Positions 8,144-16,049 of a stretch of DNA of 34,127 bases are shown piece by piece. The stretch is from Myxococcota bacterium (GTDB lineage Bacteria > Myxococcota_A > Polyangia > Polyangiales > Sandaracinaceae): positions 1 to 34,127 of the forward strand of contig JAYZQJ010000224.1 of NCBI GenBank assembly GCA_036149055.1. The letters run 5' to 3'. The position numbers and the translations under genes are program-made. A model generated the notes under the pieces. That model searched no databases, was not told the origin of the DNA, and saw nothing but the letters and a program-made list of their open reading frames with translations. Every line of letters starts with the position of its first letter. Positions within the stretch are counted from its first letter, which is position 1.

Positions 8144-9007
8144 ATGGCCACCAGTCGTCGGGCGGGCAAGAAGACCGCGAAGAAGAAGACCGCGAAGAAG
8201 ACCGCTGCGAAGCGCGTCGCCAAGAAGGCGGCGCCCAAGAAGGCGGCCAAGAAGGCGGCACCCAAGAAGTCGACCTCGAAGAAGGCGGCGCCCAAGAAGG
8301 CGGCCAAGAAGTCGACCTCGAAGAAGACGCCCAAGAAGGCCGCGTCGAAGAAGGCGCCGGCGAAGAAGAAGACGCCGGCCAAGAAGGCGGCGTCGAAGAA
8401 GGCGGCGTCGAAGAAGGCGCCGGCCAAGAAGAGCACCTCCAAGACCGCGCCGGCCAAGAAGAGCGCGTCGAAGAAGGCGCCGGCGAAGAAGGCCAAGAGC
8501 GCCTCGAAGCCGGTCAGCAAGCCGACGCCGACCAAGCCGGCCAAGAAGAAGACGCCGGCCGCGCCCAAGGTCGACAAGGTCGAGATGGACGCCGCCACGC
8601 GTCGGCTGGCCGAGATGAAGGTCGCGGCCCACCCGGACGCCGGCCTCACCGCCAAGCAGATCACCCACCTTCACGGCAAGCTCGTCACCGAGCGCGCCCG
8701 CAAGGTGTCGGAGCTCGAGCGGCACATGCAGGAGGCTCTCGGCGAGACCAGCGTCATGCCGGACGAGACCGACATGGCGCAGCGCAGCACCGAGCAGGCC
8801 TACCTGATCCGCTTCGCGGACAAGGAGCGGAAGCTCCTCAACGAGATCGACCGCGCGCTCGAGAAGCTGCGCGTCGGCGAGTACGGCGTGTGCGAGGGGA
8901 CCGAGGAGCCGATCGGCTTCAAGCGCCTCGAGCTGCGCCCGTGGACCCGCTACAGCGTGGGCTACAAAGAGCAGATCGAGCGCGAGCGGAGCCAGCACCG
9001 CCGCTAG
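8144..9007 (+). CDS. dksA: DksA/TraR family transcription factor with histone H1-like Lys/Ala-rich N-terminus
   Basis: ATG 8144 after GGAG. (A/S)KKAP/AAKK repeats, coiled-coil tip DETDMA, and IDRALEKL..GEYGVCEGTEEPIG..RL..RP. Confidence 0.85.
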   Translation: MATSRRAGKKTAKKKTAKKTAAKRVAKKAAPKKAAKKAAPKKSTSKKAAPKKAAKKSTSKKTPKKAASKKAPAKKKTPAKKAASKKAASKKAPAKKSTSKTAPAKKSASKKAPAKKAKSASKPVSKPTPTKPAKKKTPAAPKVDKVEMDAATRRLAEMKVAAHPDAGLTAKQITHLHGKLVTERARKVSELERHMQEALGETSVMPDETDMAQRSTEQAYLIRFADKERKLLNEIDRALEKLRVGEYGVCEGTEEPIGFKRLELRPWTRYSVGYKEQIERERSQHRR

Positions 9008-9024
9008 AGGTTGCGTTCGCCCCC

Positions 9025-9047
9025 GGGTCCGCTATGACTGCGGACCC
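9025..9047 (+). promoter_or_regulatory. Inverted repeat GGGTCCGC-N7-GCGGACCC just upstream of the rpmG RBS
   Basis: Perfect 8-bp stem; the loop TATGACT is -10-like, with TTGCGT at 9011-9016. AGGAGG at 9051-9056. Confidence 0.45.
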
Positions 9048-9061
9048 CTCAGGAGGTCATG

Positions 9062-9232
9062 ATGCGGGAGCTCATCCGTTTGGTGTCCACGGCCGGCACC
9101 GGCTACCACTACTACACGTCGAAGAACAAGCGCACTCATCCGGAGAAGATGAAGATCAAGAAGTTCGATCCGGTCGCGCGCAAGCACGTGGAGTTCGTCG
9201 AGAAGAAGATGCCGTCCCCCAAGAAGAACTGA
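9062..9232 (+). CDS. rpmG: 50S ribosomal protein L33 (Cys-free form)
   Basis: Manual translation [65 protein letters not shown]. Too short for the ORF track. Confidence 0.97.
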   Translation: MRELIRLVSTAGTGYHYYTSKNKRTHPEKMKIKKFDPVARKHVEFVEKKMPSPKKN

Positions 9233-9277
9233 TCTTCTTGGAGAACTAGCGGATCCGCACCTCGACGTGCTTTTTCG

Positions 9278-9308
9278 ACCCGGCGGGGGAAATCCCGGCC
9301 GGGTTTCG
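9278..9308 (+). terminator. Probable intrinsic terminator after rpmG
   Basis: ACCCGGC-GGGG-GAAA-TCCC-G-GCCGGGT hairpin followed by a short T run. Confidence 0.5.
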
Positions 9309-9374
9309 TGCGTCCGTCGCCCGCTCACGGTTCGATTTGATCCCGACCGCCCGATTTCTCATAGTGGCCCGCCG

Positions 9375-10502
9375 ATGAAGCTGTTGCGTCGTACCCTGTT
9401 GATCCTCTCCCTCGCCCTCGCCGTGCTCGCCGCGAGCGCGCCCGGTGAGGCCGAGGCGCAGCGCTCGCACACGGTGCGGCCGGGGCAGTCGCTCTCGCGC
9501 ATCGCCCGGCGCTACCGGGTCGACGTCTGGGATCTCGCGCTCGCCAACCGGATGCGGCGCAACGATCCGCTCCAGGCGGGGCAGACCCTCACGATCCCGC
9601 CGCGCGGCGTGACCTACGTGCGCCCGGGGCAGACCCTGAGCCACATCGCCCGCGACCATCACTGCTCGGTCGAGGAGCTCGTGCGGCTCAACCGCCTGCG
9701 CCGGCGGAGCCTCCGGGCCGGCCAGCGCCTCATCCTCCCCGGCTTCCTGCCGGAGGAGCAAGAGGAGCGCGACTGGGGCGAGCCGGACGAGCCGGGCGTG
9801 GCCCGCATCCGCCGCCGGGACGAGGTCGTCAGCGTCCGCCTCCGCGACGCCGAGGGGCGAGTGACCGAGGAGGCGCTGCAGCAGCTGGCCAGCCTGATGC
9901 GTCGCCACGACGACGATCCGCCGGAGCTGCCGCACCCGCGGCTCGCGCTCCTGCTCGCGGCCATCAGCGACGAGTTCGGGGGCCGGGAGATCCACCTGGT
10001 CAGCGGCCGGCGCGAGGCGGGCGGCTACACCCGCGAGTCGAGCCGGCACACCGAGGGCCGGGCCACCGACATCCGCGTGCGCGGCGTGCCCCGTCGCACC
10101 CTCTGGAACTACTGCCGCACGCTCCAGCAGACGGGCTGCGGCTTCTACCCGCGCAGCACCTTCGTGCACGTCGACGTGCGCGGCCGCAACGCGCAGTGGG
10201 TCGACTGGAGCCGCCCGGGCGCGCGCCCGCGCTACGGCAACCTCACCGGACCGTTCCCGCGCTTCTGCCGCAACCGCGGCCGGCGCAGTCACCGCCGCTG
10301 CGCCCGCGAGGGGCGTCGGGTGACCGCCCCGGACGCGGTGGCGACCGACGTGCAGCTGACCGAGGCCGCCCTCGCGCTGCTCCCGGAGGTCCCCGACGTG
10401 CGGGTGGACGAGACCGAGCACGTCGACGAGGAGGCGGAGTACGAGACCGCCACCGACGAGCCCGAAGAGGGCGACGCCGAGCTGACTGCCACCGCCGAGT
10501 GA
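9375..10502 (+). CDS. Secreted protein with two LysM domains and a peptidase M15/DUF882 (YcbK-like) domain
   Basis: Signal peptide MKLLRR...AEA; HTVRPGQSLSRIA and YVRPGQTLSHIA LysM repeats; SRHTEGRATD and FVHVD Zn ligands; acidic tail. Confidence 0.85.
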   Translation: MKLLRRTLLILSLALAVLAASAPGEAEAQRSHTVRPGQSLSRIARRYRVDVWDLALANRMRRNDPLQAGQTLTIPPRGVTYVRPGQTLSHIARDHHCSVEELVRLNRLRRRSLRAGQRLILPGFLPEEQEERDWGEPDEPGVARIRRRDEVVSVRLRDAEGRVTEEALQQLASLMRRHDDDPPELPHPRLALLLAAISDEFGGREIHLVSGRREAGGYTRESSRHTEGRATDIRVRGVPRRTLWNYCRTLQQTGCGFYPRSTFVHVDVRGRNAQWVDWSRPGARPRYGNLTGPFPRFCRNRGRRSHRRCAREGRRVTAPDAVATDVQLTEAALALLPEVPDVRVDETEHVDEEAEYETATDEPEEGDAELTATAE

Positions 10503-10542
10503 CCGCACGCAACGCGGGGCTCGGTTCGCCGATGGGGCGGGC

Positions 10543-11733
10543 ATGCAGAACCGACGATGCGCCTGCGGCGCAATTCTCCCCGCCCACTCCGCTCGATGCC
10601 CCTATTGCGGAGCTGTCCCGGCGGCGCCGAGCGGACGCGGCCTCGGTTGGACGCTGTTCGCGGCGATGGGCTGCGGCGGGATCGCCCTCCTCGGGGTCCT
10701 CGCCGTCGCCGCGGTGATCGTGGTCCAACGTTCCAGCCGGGCGGAGGAGCCACCTCCGGTGATGCCCATCGCGCCTCCCACGGTGGCCGCGTCGCCCGGC
10801 CCCGCCCCGTCGTCTTCGGCGCCGAGCCCCGAGCTCCCCGCGCCGCCGCCCGCGCCTGCTCCGGCTGCGGCGAGGTTCACGTCGATGGCGTGCCCGCTCG
10901 GCGACGTCGACGGCGACGGGGCGCGCGAGACCGGCGGCCTGATCGTGCGTGGGGAGGAGCGGCGAGCTCGGCTGGCGATGGTGGACGGTGCGACCGGGGC
11001 GGTGGTGTGGGAGACCGCGGCCCGCGAGCGGCAAGAGCTGGAGCCGATCTGCTTGGGCGATCGTCACTTCGGTGCGATCGACCAGCGCGCCTTCGAGCTG
11101 GTCGTCGTCCCGGTGACCGGCGTCGAAGGGGAGGTGAGGCGATCGCTCAGCGACGAGGTCGATCGCTACGGAGTGGGCCGCGACTGTCTCACGGTGCGGA
11201 CCGACGATCGGACCATCGTCCGGGCCTCGCTCGACGATCTGTCCGACGCGCGCTGCGACGCGCGCCCCCGGATCCGGCCGCACATCGAGGAGGAGAAGGC
11301 GCCCGGCTTCCAGAGGGGGATCATCAGCACGCTCCGCCGGCCGGTGGTCGCGGAGGTGGGGCCGGCCCGCTACGAGCTACGCACCCGGCGACCGGGGACG
11401 CCGTTTCTCGAGGTGTCCGCTCGGCACGGGGGCCGCGAACGCTGGAGCCGCCCCCTCGACATCGTGCCGGTGAACGGGGAGGCGATCGGGACGCTCGCGC
11501 TCGGGGCGAGCCCGGCCGGCCCGGTCGCCTTCGGCAGCCCGCGCGGGACTCGCGGGCGTGGGGCCCTCTTCATGGTCGGGCTGGACGCGGAGAGCGGCGC
11601 GGAGCGGTTCCGGCGGGAGCTCGAGGGCTACGATGTGCAGGGCGTGTTCGACAACGGGCGATTCGTGGTCGTGGCCACGCGCCGACACCTCTACGCCGTG
11701 GCGCCGGACGGTGAGATCGCCTGGCGACTCTGA
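10543..11733 (+). CDS. Hypothetical membrane-anchored protein (Zn ribbon, TM helix, Pro linker, PQQ-like beta-propeller)
   Basis: CAC...CPYC, one hydrophobic helix, GDVDGDG, DGATGAVVW, LDAESGAERF, DGEIAW. Confidence 0.65.
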   Translation: MQNRRCACGAILPAHSARCPYCGAVPAAPSGRGLGWTLFAAMGCGGIALLGVLAVAAVIVVQRSSRAEEPPPVMPIAPPTVAASPGPAPSSSAPSPELPAPPPAPAPAAARFTSMACPLGDVDGDGARETGGLIVRGEERRARLAMVDGATGAVVWETAARERQELEPICLGDRHFGAIDQRAFELVVVPVTGVEGEVRRSLSDEVDRYGVGRDCLTVRTDDRTIVRASLDDLSDARCDARPRIRPHIEEEKAPGFQRGIISTLRRPVVAEVGPARYELRTRRPGTPFLEVSARHGGRERWSRPLDIVPVNGEAIGTLALGASPAGPVAFGSPRGTRGRGALFMVGLDAESGAERFRRELEGYDVQGVFDNGRFVVVATRRHLYAVAPDGEIAWRL

Positions 11734-11738
11734 GCTCC

Positions 11739-12770
11739 TCACCGGGTGGCGCAGGCGGACTGGACGCGGGCGCGGAGCGGGCTCTGAGGGTGGGCGCGGA
11801 GGAACCGCGCCGACGCGGCCCGAGCTTCGGCCTCGCGACCGGCCCGGCAGAGGGCGACGACGCGCGCCGCCTCCCGCTCCGCCGCCATGACGCCGCTCGG
11901 GTGCTGGCTTGCGTGCTCGGCGAGGATGCGCAGGGCCGCGTCGGCGTCGCCCTGGTTGATCGCAGCCTGGGCGCGGCGGAGGAGCGCGACCTCTGCCGCC
12001 AGGCTCGAGGCGCTGGGCGCGGCCTCCGGCTCCGCGGCCTCCGGCTCCCCCGCCGGAGACACGGTGGCCGGAGACGCGGTGGCCGGGGGCACTGTCGCCG
12101 GGGGCACTGTCGCGGGGGACGCCCTGGGCGCGCGCCGCGCGTGGCTCGGCGCCGGCGGCTGCGTCGCCTCCGGGCTCGGCTCTCCGGTCTCGAGCGCTGC
12201 GGTCTCGAGCGCTGCGGGCTCGAGCGCTGCGGTCTCGAGCCGGGCGGGCTCGGGCTCGGGGCTCTCCGCGGCCTCCGGGGTGGGCGCGGGGCTCGACGGG
12301 TCGAGCCGTTCCGCCGGGCGAGCGCCGTTCGCGGTCCGCGCCTCGACGGCCTGGGCCACGTGTGACGTCGAGGCTTCGTCGGGCTCCCACGGCGCCACGG
12401 CCACCGTGCCGCCCACCGCCCCGGCGACCATCAGCGCGGCCGCGAGCTTCACGCTGGTGGCCAGCCCCGCGGTCGCGCCGCTCGCCGCGGCGGTCCCGCC
12501 GGCCGCCGCGCCAGCGGCGCCGGTGGCGGTCGTGGCGGTGGCGGTCGTGGTCGTGGCGGTCGTGGTGGTGGCCGCGCTCGTGCCAGACGCCGCCGCCGCG
12601 CTCGACGCCGCGCCCGCGGTCGCCGCCCCCGCGCCGGCGGCGATCGCCGCCATCACCGCGCGGCGGACCCGCGCGCGATCCGCCGAGGTCGGCTCGTCCC
12701 CGCCCCGCGCGCCCTCGATCAAGGCTCGCGCGTCGCTCGACAGCTCGTCGATTCCGTCGAAGTCGCTCAC
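11739..12770 (-). CDS. Putative anti-sigma factor-like membrane protein with C-terminal TPR-like helices
   Basis: GTG 12770 overlaps the sigma stop. Ala/Thr-rich region, TM helix, Pro linker, then SLAAEVALLRRAQAA...ERE..RV.ALC..GR..EA...F...P.SP. Confidence 0.7.
   Translation of the reverse strand: MSDFDGIDELSSDARALIEGARGGDEPTSADRARVRRAVMAAIAAGAGAATAGAASSAAAASGTSAATTTTATTTTATATTATGAAGAAAGGTAAASGATAGLATSVKLAAALMVAGAVGGTVAVAPWEPDEASTSHVAQAVEARTANGARPAERLDPSSPAPTPEAAESPEPEPARLETAALEPAALETAALETGEPSPEATQPPAPSHARRAPRASPATVPPATVPPATASPATVSPAGEPEAAEPEAAPSASSLAAEVALLRRAQAAINQGDADAALRILAEHASQHPSGVMAAEREAARVVALCRAGREAEARAASARFLRAHPQSPLRARVQSACATR
12052..12240. repeat. Two 15-bp coding tandem repeats (PATVP/PATAS about x4.5; LETAA/LEPAA about x3.7)
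   Basis: Units start at 12052, 12067, 12082, 12097 and at 12186, 12201, 12216, 12231. Confidence 0.85.
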
Positions 12771-13363
12771 GCGCTCGCCTCCCGCGCCCGGTGACGCTTC
12801 AGGGCCGCCTCGAACTTCTGCCGCGCCGCCCGGAGGCGCGAGTAGACCGTGTTCAGGTTCACGCCGAGGGACTCGGCCATCTCGGGCGCGGTCATCTGCT
12901 CGAGCTCCGCGAGCACGAACACCGCGCGCTTGTCTTCGTCCAGCTCGGCCAGGAGCGCGTGCAGGAGGCGCACCCGCTCGCGCTGCTCGGTGGCCGCGGC
13001 CGGGCAACCCGAGCCGTCGTCCTCGAGCACCTCCGGGAGCGGCGCGAGGCCGCCCTTTCGACGCTGGGTGCGCCGGTAGTCGGAGACCACGCGGAGCAAG
13101 ATGCCGAAGAGCCAGGTCTTCACCGAGGAGCGCCCCTCGAAGTCCGCGAGTCGTCGATGTGCCACCACGAACACTTCCTGCACCACGTCGTCCACGGACG
13201 GCTCGGGCACACCCATTCGACGCGCGCTTCGCCAGATGAAGTCGAAGCACTGCTCGTAGACGTCCTCCAGTCGGAGGTCGCTCCGAGGCGAAGACCCGGT
13301 CGCCTTCACGTCGAGCGTTGAGGCCGCAGCCGCCGCTCCCATCGACTCTGTGTGGCCGGCCAC
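12767..13363 (-). CDS. ECF RNA polymerase sigma-70 family factor
   Basis: DDVVQEVF, FEGRSSVKTWLFGI (region 2), EMAESLGVNLNTVYSRLRAAR (region 4). Exact start uncertain. Confidence 0.92.
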   Translation of the reverse strand: MAGHTESMGAAAAASTLDVKATGSSPRSDLRLEDVYEQCFDFIWRSARRMGVPEPSVDDVVQEVFVVAHRRLADFEGRSSVKTWLFGILLRVVSDYRRTQRRKGGLAPLPEVLEDDGSGCPAAATEQRERVRLLHALLAELDEDKRAVFVLAELEQMTAPEMAESLGVNLNTVYSRLRAARQKFEAALKRHRAREASA

Positions 13364-13390
13364 CTGGGGTTCCGTCGAAGAAAAAGTCCG

Positions 13391-14464
13391 TCAGAAGCGA
13401 ACGTGCGCCGACAGGCCGAAGCGGCCGGTCACCGACGGCTGGGTGAAGACCTCGATCGGCGCGCCGTCGCGGATCACGAAGAAGGTCAGCGGGTTGAAGG
13501 GCACCACGAGATCCGCCTCCAGCCCCAGATCGAACCACCGAACCGGCGACCACGCCACCGCGAGGCCGAACGAGCCGGATCCCCAGCCTCCGACCCCGAA
13601 GCTCGGATCGCTGACGCCGAAGCCCTCGCCGAAGACCGCGCCCCCGGCGACGCCGACGCAGGCGCCGACCCAGCGGGCCTCGGCCAGCGGGCGGAGGCAG
13701 CCGCGGGCCTCGAGGATGAGCGCCATCAGCTCCGCGCCGAGCTCCGGGTTGTCGGCGGAGACGCCGGCGCTCGGCGAGAGGAAGAGCGCCCGGAGCCGGC
13801 CGTCGATGAGCGGGACACCGACGCCGCCCTCGATCGCGACCCCCGGGGTCGGGTTCGGGAGCGCGCCGATGTCGAGCAGGCCCACCGCGCCCACGAAGCC
13901 CGCGAGCGTCTCCTCCGCCTCACGTCGCGGCGCGGGGCCGTCTCGCGGGGGCGCCTCGGTCCAGACCTCGACGACTCGCGGTGGCTCCACCTCGCGGTCC
14001 GGCGGGCCCTCGGCGAGCGCCGAGCCGCCCGGCGAGGTGAGCGCCTGCCCGATCCGCGTGACGGGGCCGGGCGCCAGGGGCTCCGGGCTGGGGTGGGTCA
14101 GCGGCGACGGCGCGGAGGGGGCGCGGGTCACCGCCACCGGGTCGATCATCAGCGCCACGATCAGCGCGGTGGCCGCCGCCAGCTCCTCGCAGCGCTCGCC
14201 TTCGATCACCCGCTCGCCGACCGCGCCGTCGATCTCGGTCGCGAGGGTCAGGCGGAAGCCATGCTCGGTCCGGGTGGTCGTCGCCTCGGCGAGCGCCTCC
14301 GACGGGGGCCACTCGCCGCCGAGGACCCGGGCGACCTCCGCCCGCACTGCGGCTTCGTCCGGGCACTCCGGCGGCGCGGTCCAGCGGAGCGCGCTCGGCT
14401 GGGCCCCCGCGACGGACGCGCAGAGCCAGCCGATCAGCGCCGCGGCTACCGGGAGTCCCCTCAC
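13391..14464 (-). CDS. Hypothetical exported protein, possible outer-membrane beta-barrel C-terminus
   Basis: Signal peptide, CPD...C domain, Pro linker, Gly-rich alternating strands ending in Phe (LSAHVRF). Confidence 0.65.
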   Translation of the reverse strand: MRGLPVAAALIGWLCASVAGAQPSALRWTAPPECPDEAAVRAEVARVLGGEWPPSEALAEATTTRTEHGFRLTLATEIDGAVGERVIEGERCEELAAATALIVALMIDPVAVTRAPSAPSPLTHPSPEPLAPGPVTRIGQALTSPGGSALAEGPPDREVEPPRVVEVWTEAPPRDGPAPRREAEETLAGFVGAVGLLDIGALPNPTPGVAIEGGVGVPLIDGRLRALFLSPSAGVSADNPELGAELMALILEARGCLRPLAEARWVGACVGVAGGAVFGEGFGVSDPSFGVGGWGSGSFGLAVAWSPVRWFDLGLEADLVVPFNPLTFFVIRDGAPIEVFTQPSVTGRFGLSAHVRF

Positions 14465-14547
14465 CCCGAGGTGATAGCACCCTCCAATGCGGCCGTAGAG
14501 GACGAACTCGTCCCCGACCGCGCCACCCGCTGCGCTATGGTCGGGGC

Positions 14548-15285
14548 ATGTTCCACCCCGACGGCCCGACGTTCTGGGAGCTCGCGGAGCAGGCGCTGAC
14601 CTCGACCGACCGCGGCTACGACCTCATCGCGCGCAAGTTCGACTACACGCCGTTCCGCACCCCGGATCCGGTGGTCGAGCGCTGCGCCGAGCGAGCGGCC
14701 GCGCGCGGCACCGTGCGCCGCGGGGTGGACCTCTGCTGCGGCACGGGCGCCGGTGTCCGCTGGTTCCGACCGCTGTGCGAGGAGACGATCTTCGGGATCG
14801 ATCGCTCGGCCGGCATGCTCGCCGAGGCGGAGCGGCGGCTGGTGGACGCCCCCGGCGACGCGCCCATCCGGCTCCTGCGAGGCGACGCGCTCGCGCTGCC
14901 GTTCGCGGACGAGAGCCTCGACCTCGCGACCTGCTTCGGCGCCTTCGGTCACATCCTCGAGTCGGACGAGCCGCGCTTCGTGCGCGAGATCCACCGCGTG
15001 CTCGCCCCCGGCGGGCGCTTCGTGTTCGCGACCAGCGAGGTGCCGCCGCCCTGGTCCCCCGCGCTCTGGATGGCGCGGGGCTTCAACGCCGCGATGCGCG
15101 TGCGGAACGCCCTCCTGAAGCCCGAGTTCATCATGTACTACCTCACCTTCACCTGGCCGCAGGTCGGCACGCTGCTCGAGGCGGCCGGCTTCGAGGTCAC
15201 CGTCGACCGGGGCGCGTTCGATCCGCCCTTCGGCCGGCTCATCTGGGTCAGCGCGCAGAAGCGGGCGGCGGAGGCGCGGTCGTGA
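14548..15285 (+). CDS. Class I SAM-dependent methyltransferase
   Basis: VDLCCGTG, GIDRSAGML, GDALALPF, RVLAPGG. Confidence 0.92.
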   Translation: MFHPDGPTFWELAEQALTSTDRGYDLIARKFDYTPFRTPDPVVERCAERAAARGTVRRGVDLCCGTGAGVRWFRPLCEETIFGIDRSAGMLAEAERRLVDAPGDAPIRLLRGDALALPFADESLDLATCFGAFGHILESDEPRFVREIHRVLAPGGRFVFATSEVPPPWSPALWMARGFNAAMRVRNALLKPEFIMYYLTFTWPQVGTLLEAAGFEVTVDRGAFDPPFGRLIWVSAQKRAAEARS

Positions 15286-16040
15286 GCGTCGTCGTCATCG
15301 GCATGGGCGAGATGGGCGGGGTCTTCTCGCACGGGTTCTTGCGCCTCGGGCACGCCGTGCACCCGGCGCTCCGCGGGGCCGACCTCGACGCCCTCGCCGA
15401 GGAGGTGCCCGAGCCGGAGGTGGTCCTGGTCGCGGTGGGCGAGGGCGACCTGCCGCCGCTGCTCGCGCGGGCGCCGGAGCCGTGGCGGGATCGCCTGGTC
15501 CTGCTCCAGAACGAGCTGCTGCCCGAGGACTGGAAGCGGCACGGCGTCGTCGACCCGACGGTCGCCGTCGTGTGGTTCGAGAAGAAGAAGGGGAGGGCGG
15601 TGCACGTCGTCGTGCCCACGGTGGTGACCGGGCCGAACGCCCGCTTCGTCGTGCGCGCGCTCGAGACGATGGACATCCCCGTGCGCGCGGGCGCGCCGGA
15701 CCGGCTCCTCTTCGACCTGGTCGCGAAGAACCTCTACATTCTCACCGCCAACCTCGCGGGGCTGGAGGTCGGCGGCACGGTGCGCGAGCTCTGGTCGGAG
15801 CACCGTGATCTCGCCCGCGACGTGGCGGCGGAGGTGCTCGCGCTGCAGGCGTACCGCGCCGGCGAGCCGCTTCCGCAGAAGGAGCTCGTCGCGGCGATGG
15901 TCGAGGCGTTCGACGGTGACCCGGACCACAAGTGCATGGGGCGCTCCGCGCCGGCGCGCCTCCGCCGGGCCCTCGGTCAGGCCAAGCAGGCCGAGTTGCA
16001 TTTGCCCACCCTCGAGCGGCTGGGCGAGCGGCACCTCTAG
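15282..16040 (+). CDS. Rossmann-fold protein, ketopantoate-reductase-like
   Basis: GTG overlaps the methyltransferase stop; VVIGMGEMGG and VLLQNE. Confidence 0.6.
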   Translation: MSVVVIGMGEMGGVFSHGFLRLGHAVHPALRGADLDALAEEVPEPEVVLVAVGEGDLPPLLARAPEPWRDRLVLLQNELLPEDWKRHGVVDPTVAVVWFEKKKGRAVHVVVPTVVTGPNARFVVRALETMDIPVRAGAPDRLLFDLVAKNLYILTANLAGLEVGGTVRELWSEHRDLARDVAAEVLALQAYRAGEPLPQKELVAAMVEAFDGDPDHKCMGRSAPARLRRALGQAKQAELHLPTLERLGERHL

Positions 16041-16049
16041 CTGCCAGCG

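Noticed and set aside
7723..8664. 313-aa hydrophobic minus-strand ORF (FLAGAFF repeats) resembling a membrane protein
   Set aside because: It is the reverse complement of the AAG/GCC-rich Lys/Ala repeats of dksA.
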